From NCBI GenBank assembly GCA_048939015.1, contig JBHLPW010000010.1, positions 25,086 through 89,085 on the forward strand: 64,000 bases of DNA, given 5' to 3'. Source of the stretch: Promethearchaeota archaeon. GTDB taxonomy: Archaea; Asgardarchaeota; Lokiarchaeia; Sigyniarchaeales; SOKP01. The notes under the pieces were generated by a model. That model was given only the letters and a program-made list of their open reading frames with translations, had not been told where the DNA came from and made no database searches. Shown one piece after another: positions 28,313-37,673 of the stretch; position 1 is the first letter of the stretch; each line of letters starts with the position of its first letter. A program made the translations under genes and the position numbers.

Positions 28313-29893
28313 CTACTTATCAATATTTTTTGTTGAAAATCGTTCTCTCAATTTTCGATGAATAACTTTTCCAGAACCAGTTCTAGGCATCTCTTCGGAA
28401 TTAATACATAAGAAAAGTTTTGGAATCTTAAACCGAGCCAATTTATCTTCACAATATTTACGCATTTCTTTATTAAAAGCGTCTGGAGATGCGACTTCTT
28501 TATTTAATATACATACTGCAGTTACACTTTCACCCCATTTATAATCTTCTAACCCTACTACAGCACATTCCACAATTGAAGGATGAGAGATAATGACTTT
28601 TTCCACTTCTGAAGGATAAACATGTTCTCCGCCAGTTATAATCATGTTTTGCTTTCGATCTACTAAGTAATAAAATCCTTTTTCGTCTTTTTTTCCCATA
28701 TCACCTGCGCTGAAGTATTCACCTTTAAATGATTCTTTAGTTTTTTCGGGTAATTTGTAATATTCATCAAACATTTGAGGCCCTCGAGAATATAATTCTC
28801 CTATTTCTCCTATAGGTACTTCATTTCCTTCCTCGTCCAATATTTTGATAATGTCTGTTCCAATACATTCTTTGCCGATAGAACCTAATTTATGCATCTG
28901 ATCCTCAGGTCTAAGAAGCGTTACAAGCCCAGCTTCTGTAGAACCATAAGCTTCAAAAAGTTTAGTTTTAGTGAAAAGTTCCATTACATCTAATTTCATT
29001 TGTTTCGTTGCTGGAGCTGAGGATGTTAGTAAAGCGGTTACGCAACTAAGATCGTACTTTTGTTTTACTTCCTCTGGAAGACTTAATATTAGATTATAAT
29101 GAGTAGGGATCATTGAAGTAAACGTTATTTTCTCTTGAGAAATAATCTTTAAAACCTCCTCTGGATCAAAGTTATATTCGATATGAATATAGACAGGAGC
29201 TCCTAAGTAAGTAAAAACAAATGAGTAAAATGTGGAATTTACATGAGATAATGGCATCAGAATCATCCCATAATCTTGTGGTGTGAATGAAAATTCTGCC
29301 TCGTTAATCAAGAAAAAGGCAATATATGAACGATGAGAACGAATAACCCCCTTTGGCTTACCTGTAGTTCCTGATGTATAAAGAATAACCCAAGTATCTT
29401 CAGGATTCACTTTTATTGAAGGATATGAATTATCACCCATTTTTACAATGTCTTCAAAAAACTTCCAACCTTCTGCCGGTTTATCGCCAATCAAAACTCG
29501 TTGAACATTCTCAAAACCCAATTCTCTAGCTCGTTCCCAAATTTTTTCGGTTGCTTCTTGGAATCTGGATTCCACAAATAACCATTTTGCATCTGAATTA
29601 TTGATTATAAAGGAAATATCATCTGGGTGTAACCTAAAATTTAAGGGGACAATTATAAATCCTCCTTTGGCAGCTGCCGCGTAAATCTCCATAAATTCAA
29701 TACAATTATTTGATAAAATTGCTAATTTATCTCCTTTTTTTATACCGGATTTAAGAATTCCATCAGCAAGCTTATTCGTTCTTTTATTTAATTCTTTAAA
29801 TGTTAGTTCCCGTCTCTTATCCTTCAATGCAAGTTTATCTGGATATTTTTTTGCATTAACATTAATTATTTCTCCAATATTAAGCCATGTCAT
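28313..29893 (-). CDS. AMP-dependent acyl-/aryl-CoA ligase
   Basis: YTSGTTGKPKG, YGSTEAG, AGD, DRKQNMIITGGEHVYP, PRTGSGK. Confidence 0.9.
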   Translation of the reverse strand: MTWLNIGEIINVNAKKYPDKLALKDKRRELTFKELNKRTNKLADGILKSGIKKGDKLAILSNNCIEFMEIYAAAAKGGFIIVPLNFRLHPDDISFIINNSDAKWLFVESRFQEATEKIWERARELGFENVQRVLIGDKPAEGWKFFEDIVKMGDNSYPSIKVNPEDTWVILYTSGTTGKPKGVIRSHRSYIAFFLINEAEFSFTPQDYGMILMPLSHVNSTFYSFVFTYLGAPVYIHIEYNFDPEEVLKIISQEKITFTSMIPTHYNLILSLPEEVKQKYDLSCVTALLTSSAPATKQMKLDVMELFTKTKLFEAYGSTEAGLVTLLRPEDQMHKLGSIGKECIGTDIIKILDEEGNEVPIGEIGELYSRGPQMFDEYYKLPEKTKESFKGEYFSAGDMGKKDEKGFYYLVDRKQNMIITGGEHVYPSEVEKVIISHPSIVECAVVGLEDYKWGESVTAVCILNKEVASPDAFNKEMRKYCEDKLARFKIPKLFLCINSEEMPRTGSGKVIHRKLRERFSTKNIDK

Positions 29894-30019
29894 ACAATTA
29901 TCTTCCCTTCTTTTATATATTCATTTAAATTGATAATTTCTATGTTATAATTAATCAGAACGATTTCAAAAATATTTTAATTTTATTTTAAACATCTAAG
30001 TTATATAAAAAATTTTACC

Positions 30020-30041
30020 TTTTCCCATAATTATGGGAAAA
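30020..30041. promoter_or_regulatory. Perfect 22-bp palindrome, candidate operator
   Basis: TTTTCCCATAA|TTATGGGAAAA between the divergent CoA ligase and nitroreductase-like genes. Confidence 0.55.
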
Positions 30042-30081
30042 TTCTCTAAAAATTACTTATCGTAAATTTTATTTGAAATAA

Positions 30082-31413
30082 ATGGATAATTTCATTAAAA
30101 GTAAAAGGAATGGTTTAGAGATGAGTTTACAAGAATGTTTGGCAAGTCGGAAAGATTGTTCAGGCAAAGGTATAATATTAAAACTTAAAGAAATCTTAGA
30201 TATTTGCAAATCAACCAACCAAGCCGTACCTTCAAAATCTTTGTTTATTATTTTACCCGATGGAGAAGATTATACGGGAGGAATATATTTGTATAAAGAT
30301 AAAGAGTTAACACTAATTTCAGATAAAGAAAAAACCCCATATTCTATGGAACTCTATCCAGAATTGGTATGGAATGAATCTATTAAATTAGAAGAATTAA
30401 TTGAAGTGGGGCTTATTTGGCAATATCTTTCATTGAAGGTGGGAAGTATGGGACTTGGAGTCTCTCAACGGGCTAGACCTCCAAAAAAACATAATAAACT
30501 CATTAATAATACACTTAAACAAAACTACACTCTTTTATATTCAGTTGCAGTTCGTGAGAGGGATAGAGGTGATTTATTGGAAGACACTTTAAAACCTCTT
30601 CAAAAAGAAAAAGTGGAAGATATTATATTACTAGATACTCCAGCATGCTATAAAGACCGCTCAGTTTATAAAAATCAATATAAAGGAATTCCATTAGACA
30701 CTGTTATCTTTAATCAAATTGAAAAAAAGACTTCAAATTTTACAAATTTATATGAAATATCTCAATTATTATGGGCATGTCAAGGAGAAAATGATCATGC
30801 AACTCATGGAAACAGAGACACCTTAGAAAAAAATGGTTATGGTAGAGTTCACGCTTCAGGATGTGCCGGATATTCTGTTTATCCTATAGTTATTGTAGAG
30901 GATCTTGCTAATTTACCAAAAGGTTCATATATATATAATCCTGTGGGATACTCGGTGTTAAATAGATGGATAAAGGTGAATGATAAGATAATTTATGATC
31001 ATTTTCTTCAGCACATTTCTTCAGATAATTCTAAAGAAAAGGTCAAAAAGGAATTTGGTATTGATTTGACAAATTATGCTATTTTATTATGTATTGATAG
31101 AAATAAGCCATGCTCAGGATTTATGCATAGTAAAATTTTAAAAACAGTCATGAACACTAAATATTGGGCTGAAATTGAAGCTGGCATGGCACTTGCAGGA
31201 TTGCAACTTCAAGCTAATGCTTTAGGACTTCAATGGCAAAAAATAACTATTTCAAATCCAGATGATCCGAAATATAGAAAGTTCTTCAATCTTAATCTTG
31301 CCAAACAAACAATAAATAAAATGGGACTCAATCTAGTCAATCAAGCAAAAAATGAGAGATTGTCCCTTAAAGGAAACTTAGTACCCACAGTTTTGTTTTT
31401 TCCCCAAAAATAA
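30082..31413 (+). CDS. Divergent nitroreductase/SagB-like flavoprotein, apparently two domains
   Basis: SLQECLASRK, EVGLIWQYLSL..GSMGLG, EISQLLWACQG, LPKGSYIYNP, IEAGMALAGLQLQANALGL resemble SagB/ThcOx nitroreductase motifs. Confidence 0.55.
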   Translation: MDNFIKSKRNGLEMSLQECLASRKDCSGKGIILKLKEILDICKSTNQAVPSKSLFIILPDGEDYTGGIYLYKDKELTLISDKEKTPYSMELYPELVWNESIKLEELIEVGLIWQYLSLKVGSMGLGVSQRARPPKKHNKLINNTLKQNYTLLYSVAVRERDRGDLLEDTLKPLQKEKVEDIILLDTPACYKDRSVYKNQYKGIPLDTVIFNQIEKKTSNFTNLYEISQLLWACQGENDHATHGNRDTLEKNGYGRVHASGCAGYSVYPIVIVEDLANLPKGSYIYNPVGYSVLNRWIKVNDKIIYDHFLQHISSDNSKEKVKKEFGIDLTNYAILLCIDRNKPCSGFMHSKILKTVMNTKYWAEIEAGMALAGLQLQANALGLQWQKITISNPDDPKYRKFFNLNLAKQTINKMGLNLVNQAKNERLSLKGNLVPTVLFFPQK

Positions 31414-31453
31414 CAAAATCAAAAATAATTTTGTAATGAGGGGATGAATAATC

Positions 31454-32122
31454 TTGAATTTAGTATTGATAAGTGCACTAATATACTTAGCTAATATCAG
31501 TTTATCTTTTATCTTAGCAGTTATTATAATAGACAAACTATATATTTCCAAGAAATTTTCAAAAGAAAATGATTTTCATTTCTATAACGATTTGTTTTCT
31601 TGGGAGATGTTCTACATTTTTATTGGGATTGAAAATATTATAGAGATAATTTCACTTTTTATTTCTTCTAATACTGGAATATCTTATATATTTTTGAGAA
31701 TGAGAATTTTAATCTTTTTCTTTCCATTTTGGACAAAAATATTTCACTTGGAAAAGGTTATGAATAAAATTACATATGAAAGACATTATTTTGCTGGTAT
31801 TATCCCTCTTATTTTGATATTAGTGTTGGGTTTTACAGATTTGCCTAATATAATAATAATTGTAATTTTTTTTGGTACAACATTCATTCCTTTTCTAATT
31901 TTGCTTTTATTTTTTAAAAATACAGGAACTAAGAGTGTGAAAACATTGAAGATTATCTTTGGATTAATACTTATAGGGTTAGGTTATATATTTAAACCTG
32001 AAATCATGGCAGGATATCTTGGTATCACTGAAAGTTTAGATGTATTGATAATGCTAACCACACCAATTTTATATATATTAGGGCAGTTATTAATATTTGA
32101 AAGTTATAGAAAAGAATTGTAA
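31454..32122 (+). CDS. Integral membrane protein (about 7 TM)
   Basis: Seven hydrophobic segments; TTG start after GAGGGGA. Confidence 0.65.
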   Translation: MNLVLISALIYLANISLSFILAVIIIDKLYISKKFSKENDFHFYNDLFSWEMFYIFIGIENIIEIISLFISSNTGISYIFLRMRILIFFFPFWTKIFHLEKVMNKITYERHYFAGIIPLILILVLGFTDLPNIIIIVIFFGTTFIPFLILLLFFKNTGTKSVKTLKIIFGLILIGLGYIFKPEIMAGYLGITESLDVLIMLTTPILYILGQLLIFESYRKEL

Positions 32123-32149
32123 TAGAAATTTAACAAAAATAGTAAGAAT

Positions 32150-32992
32150 TCATAATTCTACTCTTAACCCATCATACGCAAAGATTAATCCTGGATTTTT
32201 TTTTTCAAAAACTTTTCGTTCTTTAGGTGTAAATCCTGCTTCAAGTTTGTCAATATTCCACCTATGAAAAGAAGTATGAGTTAGGATACACTCGGGAATG
32301 TTTAATGTTTTCCAAAAAGCCACTGCTTCAGTAATAGAAAAGTTTTTCCAATCTTCAATTGTTTCTCCTTCTGGTAAGTTTAATTCATCTACAGTACCCT
32401 CCAAAATGATAAAATCTAAATTATTCTCTTTTAATCGATCAATTGTGTTTTTAGGAGGGATAATTCCATCAACTAAATACGCAAATGTTTTCTGAGGTGT
32501 TTTAATAATGTAACCAACACTATCTGCTGTGTGGTTAGTTTTAACAACTTCTAATACAAAATCAGGAAGTTTGATAACATCTCTAGGTATTATTGGATGG
32601 ATATTATATCGTTCTTTTGCCCAACTAAAACCTATATTTTCAAAATATTTAATATCTTGTTTTGGTAAATATAGATCAATTATCTCTTTTTTCCAAGTAC
32701 CATGAGACCCTAATTCGTGAAAAGCACCTAGACCGAAACAATGGTCATAATGCCAATGTGTAAGAAAAATCCTATCAATAAACCGGATTTTTTCCCGCTC
32801 TAATTGAAATTCTACGTCCGGGGTTGCATCAATTAATATATTTTCGTTTCCTATTAATACTACTGATGCTCTAGTCCTACTTATTCTTGAGTGGACTCTT
32901 GCTTCTTCACAGGTTTGGCACATACAATGAAATGAAGGAACTTGAATAGCTCCACTTGTACCTATAAATATTAATTCAGTAGGCTTAGACAT
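32150..32992 (-). CDS. Metallo-beta-lactamase fold hydrolase, PhnP-like
   Basis: GTSG..VP..HCMCQTC, LIDATPD, THWHYDH, NH..DSVGY, AYDG. Confidence 0.85.
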   Translation of the reverse strand: MSKPTELIFIGTSGAIQVPSFHCMCQTCEEARVHSRISRTRASVVLIGNENILIDATPDVEFQLEREKIRFIDRIFLTHWHYDHCFGLGAFHELGSHGTWKKEIIDLYLPKQDIKYFENIGFSWAKERYNIHPIIPRDVIKLPDFVLEVVKTNHTADSVGYIIKTPQKTFAYLVDGIIPPKNTIDRLKENNLDFIILEGTVDELNLPEGETIEDWKNFSITEAVAFWKTLNIPECILTHTSFHRWNIDKLEAGFTPKERKVFEKKNPGLIFAYDGLRVEL

Positions 32993-33018
32993 TTTAAGGA
33001 AAAAAAAGAAAAAAAAGT

Positions 33019-33459
33019 TTACATAATTAATACTTGGGCTTCCCCATCAGTAACAACTTCATTTTTCTGGTTCATAACTTTAGTTTCTACATCTAGGAAT
33101 TGTAAGGTTCCACTTTTCCCTTCCTTTGTATATTTTTTTGATACAGTTGCTACTGCAGTTAATGTATCTCCAATATACACAGGTTTTTTGAAAACAACCT
33201 TTTGAGATGCATAAAGAGCTCCAGGTCCAAATAAATGAACACCGAGTACTGCTGAAATCAATGCTGAACTATAAGCTCCATGAACAACCCGCTTTCCAAA
33301 CATTTGTGTTTTTGCAAACTCCTCATTCACGTGAAGTGGATTAAAATCCCCACTAATCCCTGCAAATAAGATAACATCTGCTTCAGTGACCGTTTTACTA
33401 CATGAGGCAGAAGTACCTACTTCATAATCGTCAAATTTAACGATATCTGTTTTCGACAT
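33019..33459 (-). CDS. MaoC-family (R)-specific enoyl-CoA hydratase
   Basis: FAGISGDFNPLHVNEEFAK...RVVHG...GPG...FKKPVYIGDTL. Confidence 0.9.
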   Translation of the reverse strand: MSKTDIVKFDDYEVGTSASCSKTVTEADVILFAGISGDFNPLHVNEEFAKTQMFGKRVVHGAYSSALISAVLGVHLFGPGALYASQKVVFKKPVYIGDTLTAVATVSKKYTKEGKSGTLQFLDVETKVMNQKNEVVTDGEAQVLIM

Positions 33460-33463
33460 AAAC

Positions 33464-33503
33464 TAGTTTAATGAAAAAATAGATAAAAATATTGACTAAA
33501 ATA
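33464..33503. repeat. About 40-bp imperfect direct repeat, copy 1 (copy 2 at 34825-34864)
   Basis: TAGTTTAATGAAAAAATAGATAAAAATATTGACTAAAATA. Confidence 0.5.
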
Positions 33504-33536
33504 TTTAAAAGTAGATTTTAATAATAAATATTTTTC

Positions 33537-34778
33537 TTAATAATCATTTTTCCCTTTTTTATGAGCTTCTTCTTCAATTTCTAACTCTTTCTCAATTTCA
33601 GATTCCTTATTCTTGTCTTTAGGCAATTTAGTTGGCTTGGACTCATCAAATGTAGCATCACAGACCCAGCATGCATTTTCTAAGGTTGCTATCGCGTCAG
33701 AACATTTTTTACAATAAAAAGAATTACAATCGGGACACATATATATTAATCCTCCTAATTTTCCCTTACAAACCAAACAAATCATTTTTTCCTTAGAAAT
33801 TGAGACTTCTTCCTCAGTAAGGCTATCAGGTTTTCTAAATACTTTCAATATATCACGAGCTAAATTATTTTTCTCTTTTGTGTATATTTTCTTCATCAAT
33901 GTGTAATTATCTTTTGCTGGTTGAGAGCCTATTTTCCTTATCGAGTAATAAACCATGAACATTGCTCCTAAAATAATAATAACAAATTCAATGATTGTAT
34001 TAATCTCTGATAAACCCGCATTGATCATAACAAACAACAGGATCCAACTAATTATAACGATTATACTTCCGGAACTAAACCAATAGATTTTAGCTAGATG
34101 AAAATGTCTAGGTTGAATAAATATGGGAGATATAGCAATTAAATAACCCACTAAGATAAAAAGAGGCGCGATAATTAATGGGATTGTATCAATTAATTTT
34201 ACGGATGAAGAGGATAAGTCTAATCCAATCCAGATGATAATATATCCTAGTAATAAAATTGAAGAAAAAGCTTTTAGTTCATACTGAGACCATTTTGCAT
34301 ATAACAAAAATATGATAACTGTTAAAATCAACGTTATTGGTGAGACAATATAAGACAGCATAAATGAATATAGTTCCCCAGAAGTGATTATCAGTATTAC
34401 TCCAAATATAGAATTTAACATTGTTAGTATATATTTCGTACGTTTTATGATTATTTCAAAAGCTAACATAAACAGAAATGGTCCAAATACAAGTAGTACA
34501 CTCCCAATTTTGTGAATTAAAAAGTAAGTGATATTAGTCGATTTGACATCACCGCGAAAGGTACCGTTTATATAAGAGCCCTCAAAATAAAAGTCCGATA
34601 AAACCCAAAAGCACAATCCTAACGCAGAGAGTAAAAACAATACGGCGATTCCATATATCATCACCCTTTCTTTAATTATTTCTCTTCGTCTTGCTTTTAT
34701 TAAATATTGTAACCCACACATGAATGCAACTGCTATAGTAATTCCAAATAGTATTCTTTCCCCGGAATCCCAAATCAT
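33537..34778 (-). CDS. Multipass membrane protein with C-terminal C4C4 RING-like zinc finger
   Basis: About 9 TM segments followed by CLVC-x10-CPDC-x4-CKKC-x10-CWVC, homologous to the C-terminus of 43..1836. Confidence 0.8.
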   Translation of the reverse strand: MIWDSGERILFGITIAVAFMCGLQYLIKARRREIIKERVMIYGIAVLFLLSALGLCFWVLSDFYFEGSYINGTFRGDVKSTNITYFLIHKIGSVLLVFGPFLFMLAFEIIIKRTKYILTMLNSIFGVILIITSGELYSFMLSYIVSPITLILTVIIFLLYAKWSQYELKAFSSILLLGYIIIWIGLDLSSSSVKLIDTIPLIIAPLFILVGYLIAISPIFIQPRHFHLAKIYWFSSGSIIVIISWILLFVMINAGLSEINTIIEFVIIILGAMFMVYYSIRKIGSQPAKDNYTLMKKIYTKEKNNLARDILKVFRKPDSLTEEEVSISKEKMICLVCKGKLGGLIYMCPDCNSFYCKKCSDAIATLENACWVCDATFDESKPTKLPKDKNKESEIEKELEIEEEAHKKGKNDY

Positions 34779-34824
34779 TACATCTACTATGTCAAATCAC
34801 CTTTTATATTTAATAGATTAAAAT

Positions 34825-34864
34825 TAGATTAATGAAAAAAAAGATATAATATTGACTAAAAATA
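34825..34864. repeat. About 40-bp imperfect direct repeat, copy 2
   Basis: TAGATTAATGAAAAAAAAGATATAATATTGACTAAAAATA. Confidence 0.5.
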
Positions 34865-34999
34865 TCAGAATTAAATTTGAATAAAGGATAAGTCCATATA
34901 TAATGATATTCCTTAAAAAATTACAAAAATGTAAAACTTAAATATTTGAAAGATAGTCCTATAATATTAATTAATTTTTAAAATTCATAGGAAAATCCA

Positions 35000-36262
35000 A
35001 TGTCAACAGAATTTCACCAGAATTTAGAAAAGTATGCTGAAGTAATACTAAATGTAGGAGTAAATCTGCAAAAAGGACAATGGCTATTAATAAGTGCAGC
35101 CGATTTAGGTACATCTCTTCTTGAAATTGCACCTTTTATTGAAATACTTGTGAAGAAGGCGTATCAAATGGGGGCTAGGTTTGTTGATGTACTATGGAAT
35201 AATCCTCAACTACATTTAAATAGACTCAAGTATGCTCCCCAAGATTCATTGAAAGAATTCTCCAGTTGGCGACGAGATGCTGTCTTAGAGAACATTGAAA
35301 AAGGTGGAGCTGGACTATCTATATTGGCTTCTGACCCTCTTTTTTTCAATAATCAAGATCCTCAGCTTATGACAACTATGATTCAGACAATAATAAAGAA
35401 ACATAAACCTTTTATTGATCTCTTAAATCAACAAAATGTTAGGAATGGATGTTTAATTTCGGCATCTTGTGATTCTTGGGCTAAGAGAGTCTTCCCTAAT
35501 CTTCCCCCTGATAAACGAACAGCTAAATTATGGGATAAAATTTTTGAAATTTGTCGTATAAAGCAAAAAGATCCTGTTTTAGCTTGGAAAGATCATTTTA
35601 AACAGCTTATTGATAGATCCAATTATTTAAATCAGAAACAATACACAAATTTGAAATTAAAAACTCCTGGAACAAATTTAATAATTGGTTTACCTGAGGG
35701 ACACATTTGGAAAACTGCTAGAACTTCAAGTCAAAGAAATATAGATTATGTAGGTAATTTCCCTTCAGAAGAGATTTATACTATTCCACATAAAGATAAA
35801 ACAGAAGGAACTGTAACAATCACGAAAGTCCTTAATTATCAAGGTAATTTAATTGAAGATATCAAAATGATATTCTCTAAAGGAAAAATTAAAGAATTTA
35901 AAGCAACTAAAGGTAAGGATCTTTTAGATAAAATTATTAAAACTGATGAGGGAGCAAGTCAATTAGGTGAAATAGCTCTGGTTCCCCATAGTTCACCTAT
36001 CTCACAATCTGGTTTACTATTTTATAATGGACTAATAGATGAGAATGCTTCTTGCCATATTGCTTTAGGTCTTGCTCTTAAACCTAATTTAAAAAATGGT
36101 AAAGAAATGTCTGATGAAGAATTTAAAATAGCTGGGGGAAACATTAGCTTAATTCATGTCGATTGTATGATTGGATCAGGAGAAATAGATGTTGATGGAA
36201 TTACTAAAGAAGGTGGAGAGGAACCAATTATGAGAAAGGGAGAATGGGCTTTTGAGGTGTAA
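35000..36262 (+). CDS. M29 aminopeptidase (AmpS/AmpT/PepS family), paralog 1
   Basis: NFPSEEIYT, LGEIALV, DENASCHIALG, HVD, IMRKGEW. Confidence 0.9.
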   Translation: MSTEFHQNLEKYAEVILNVGVNLQKGQWLLISAADLGTSLLEIAPFIEILVKKAYQMGARFVDVLWNNPQLHLNRLKYAPQDSLKEFSSWRRDAVLENIEKGGAGLSILASDPLFFNNQDPQLMTTMIQTIIKKHKPFIDLLNQQNVRNGCLISASCDSWAKRVFPNLPPDKRTAKLWDKIFEICRIKQKDPVLAWKDHFKQLIDRSNYLNQKQYTNLKLKTPGTNLIIGLPEGHIWKTARTSSQRNIDYVGNFPSEEIYTIPHKDKTEGTVTITKVLNYQGNLIEDIKMIFSKGKIKEFKATKGKDLLDKIIKTDEGASQLGEIALVPHSSPISQSGLLFYNGLIDENASCHIALGLALKPNLKNGKEMSDEEFKIAGGNISLIHVDCMIGSGEIDVDGITKEGGEEPIMRKGEWAFEV

Positions 36263-36265
36263 TCA

Positions 36266-37522
36266 ATGCACTCAGAATTTGAGCAGAATTTAGAAAAATA
36301 TGTGGATGTAATATTAAATGTTGGTCTTAATCTACAAAAAAAGCAAAGATTGTTGATTATACCATCTAGAATTGGTACAGATCTTATTGAATTGGTTCCA
36401 TTTATTGAATTAATTACTAAGAAAGCGTATCAAATGGGGGTGAGATTTGTTGATGTAATATGGGATGATCCCCAATTACATTTGATCAGATTCCAGAATG
36501 CTCCCCGTGATTCTTTTGAAGAATTCCCAAGCTGGAAAAGTAATGTAGCACTCGAATTCGCGAAAAAAGGTGATGCTGTACTAGGAATTTATACTCCAAA
36601 TCCCGATTTATTTGTTGATCAAGATCCTGAGATTTTGAAAATTGTAAGACAAACCCAATTAAAGCACTATAAGAAGTACAGTGAGTTATTGCTTAAAAAT
36701 GCGTTTAATTGGACGATTGTTTCCGCTCCAATTAAAGGTTGGACAAATAAAATTTTCCCTATTCTCCCTCCCGATAACCAAAAAGCCAAAATGTGGGATA
36801 TAATCTTTGATATCTGTCGAGTCAAGCAAAAAGATCCTGTTTCAGCTTGGAATGATCACGTTAAACAGCTCCATGCAAGGATTAAATATTTAAATGATAA
36901 GCAATATAAAACACTGAGATTAGAAGCTCCCGGAACAAATTTAACAATTGGTTTACCTAACGGGCACATATGGAAAGGAGGACGTGTGGAAAGTTTAAAT
37001 GGGATTTCTTTTATTCCAAATCTACCTACAGAAGAGATTTATACTGTACCTCATAAAGATAAAACTAAAGGAATAGTAACCGCAACAAAACCTCTACTTT
37101 ATCAAGTTTTAATTAAAGATTTTTGTTTCACTTTCTCTGAAGGAAAAGTAGTAAAGGCTAATGCTAAAGAAAATGAGGAAATGTTGCTTAAGGCTCTTGA
37201 GATGGATGAAGGTTCAAGGAGGTTAGGTGAAATTGCGTTGGTCCCTCACAGTTCGCCGATTTCCCAAACCGGACTAATTTTTTATAATATGTTAATTGAT
37301 GAAAATGCTTCTTGTCATATTGCTCTTGGTAAGGGTATTCGATTCTGCTTAAAACATGGTGAAGAAATGTCTGATGAGGAATTTATGACGGCTGGAGGAA
37401 ACGTTAGTCTGAATCATATTGATTTTATGATTGGTTCGGAAGAATTGGATGTTGACGGAATTACCGAAGATGGAATGGCTGAACCAATTATGCGAAAGGG
37501 AGAATGGGCTTTTGAGGTATAA
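36266..37522 (+). CDS. M29 aminopeptidase, paralog 2
   Basis: NLPTEEIYT, LGEIALV, DENASCHIALG, HIDFMIG. Confidence 0.9.
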   Translation: MHSEFEQNLEKYVDVILNVGLNLQKKQRLLIIPSRIGTDLIELVPFIELITKKAYQMGVRFVDVIWDDPQLHLIRFQNAPRDSFEEFPSWKSNVALEFAKKGDAVLGIYTPNPDLFVDQDPEILKIVRQTQLKHYKKYSELLLKNAFNWTIVSAPIKGWTNKIFPILPPDNQKAKMWDIIFDICRVKQKDPVSAWNDHVKQLHARIKYLNDKQYKTLRLEAPGTNLTIGLPNGHIWKGGRVESLNGISFIPNLPTEEIYTVPHKDKTKGIVTATKPLLYQVLIKDFCFTFSEGKVVKANAKENEEMLLKALEMDEGSRRLGEIALVPHSSPISQTGLIFYNMLIDENASCHIALGKGIRFCLKHGEEMSDEEFMTAGGNVSLNHIDFMIGSEELDVDGITEDGMAEPIMRKGEWAFEV

Positions 37523-37673
37523 ATTGATTTAAATTACAGTAATTCTTCTAAATCCATTTCATTTTCTTTATTTTTTGTTTGTTTGATGAAAATAATTCTC
37601 AGATTATCAAAATTAGCTTTAAATTTATTGACTAAAAATAATGTTCATTTAGACCTTAGATACATCATCAATT

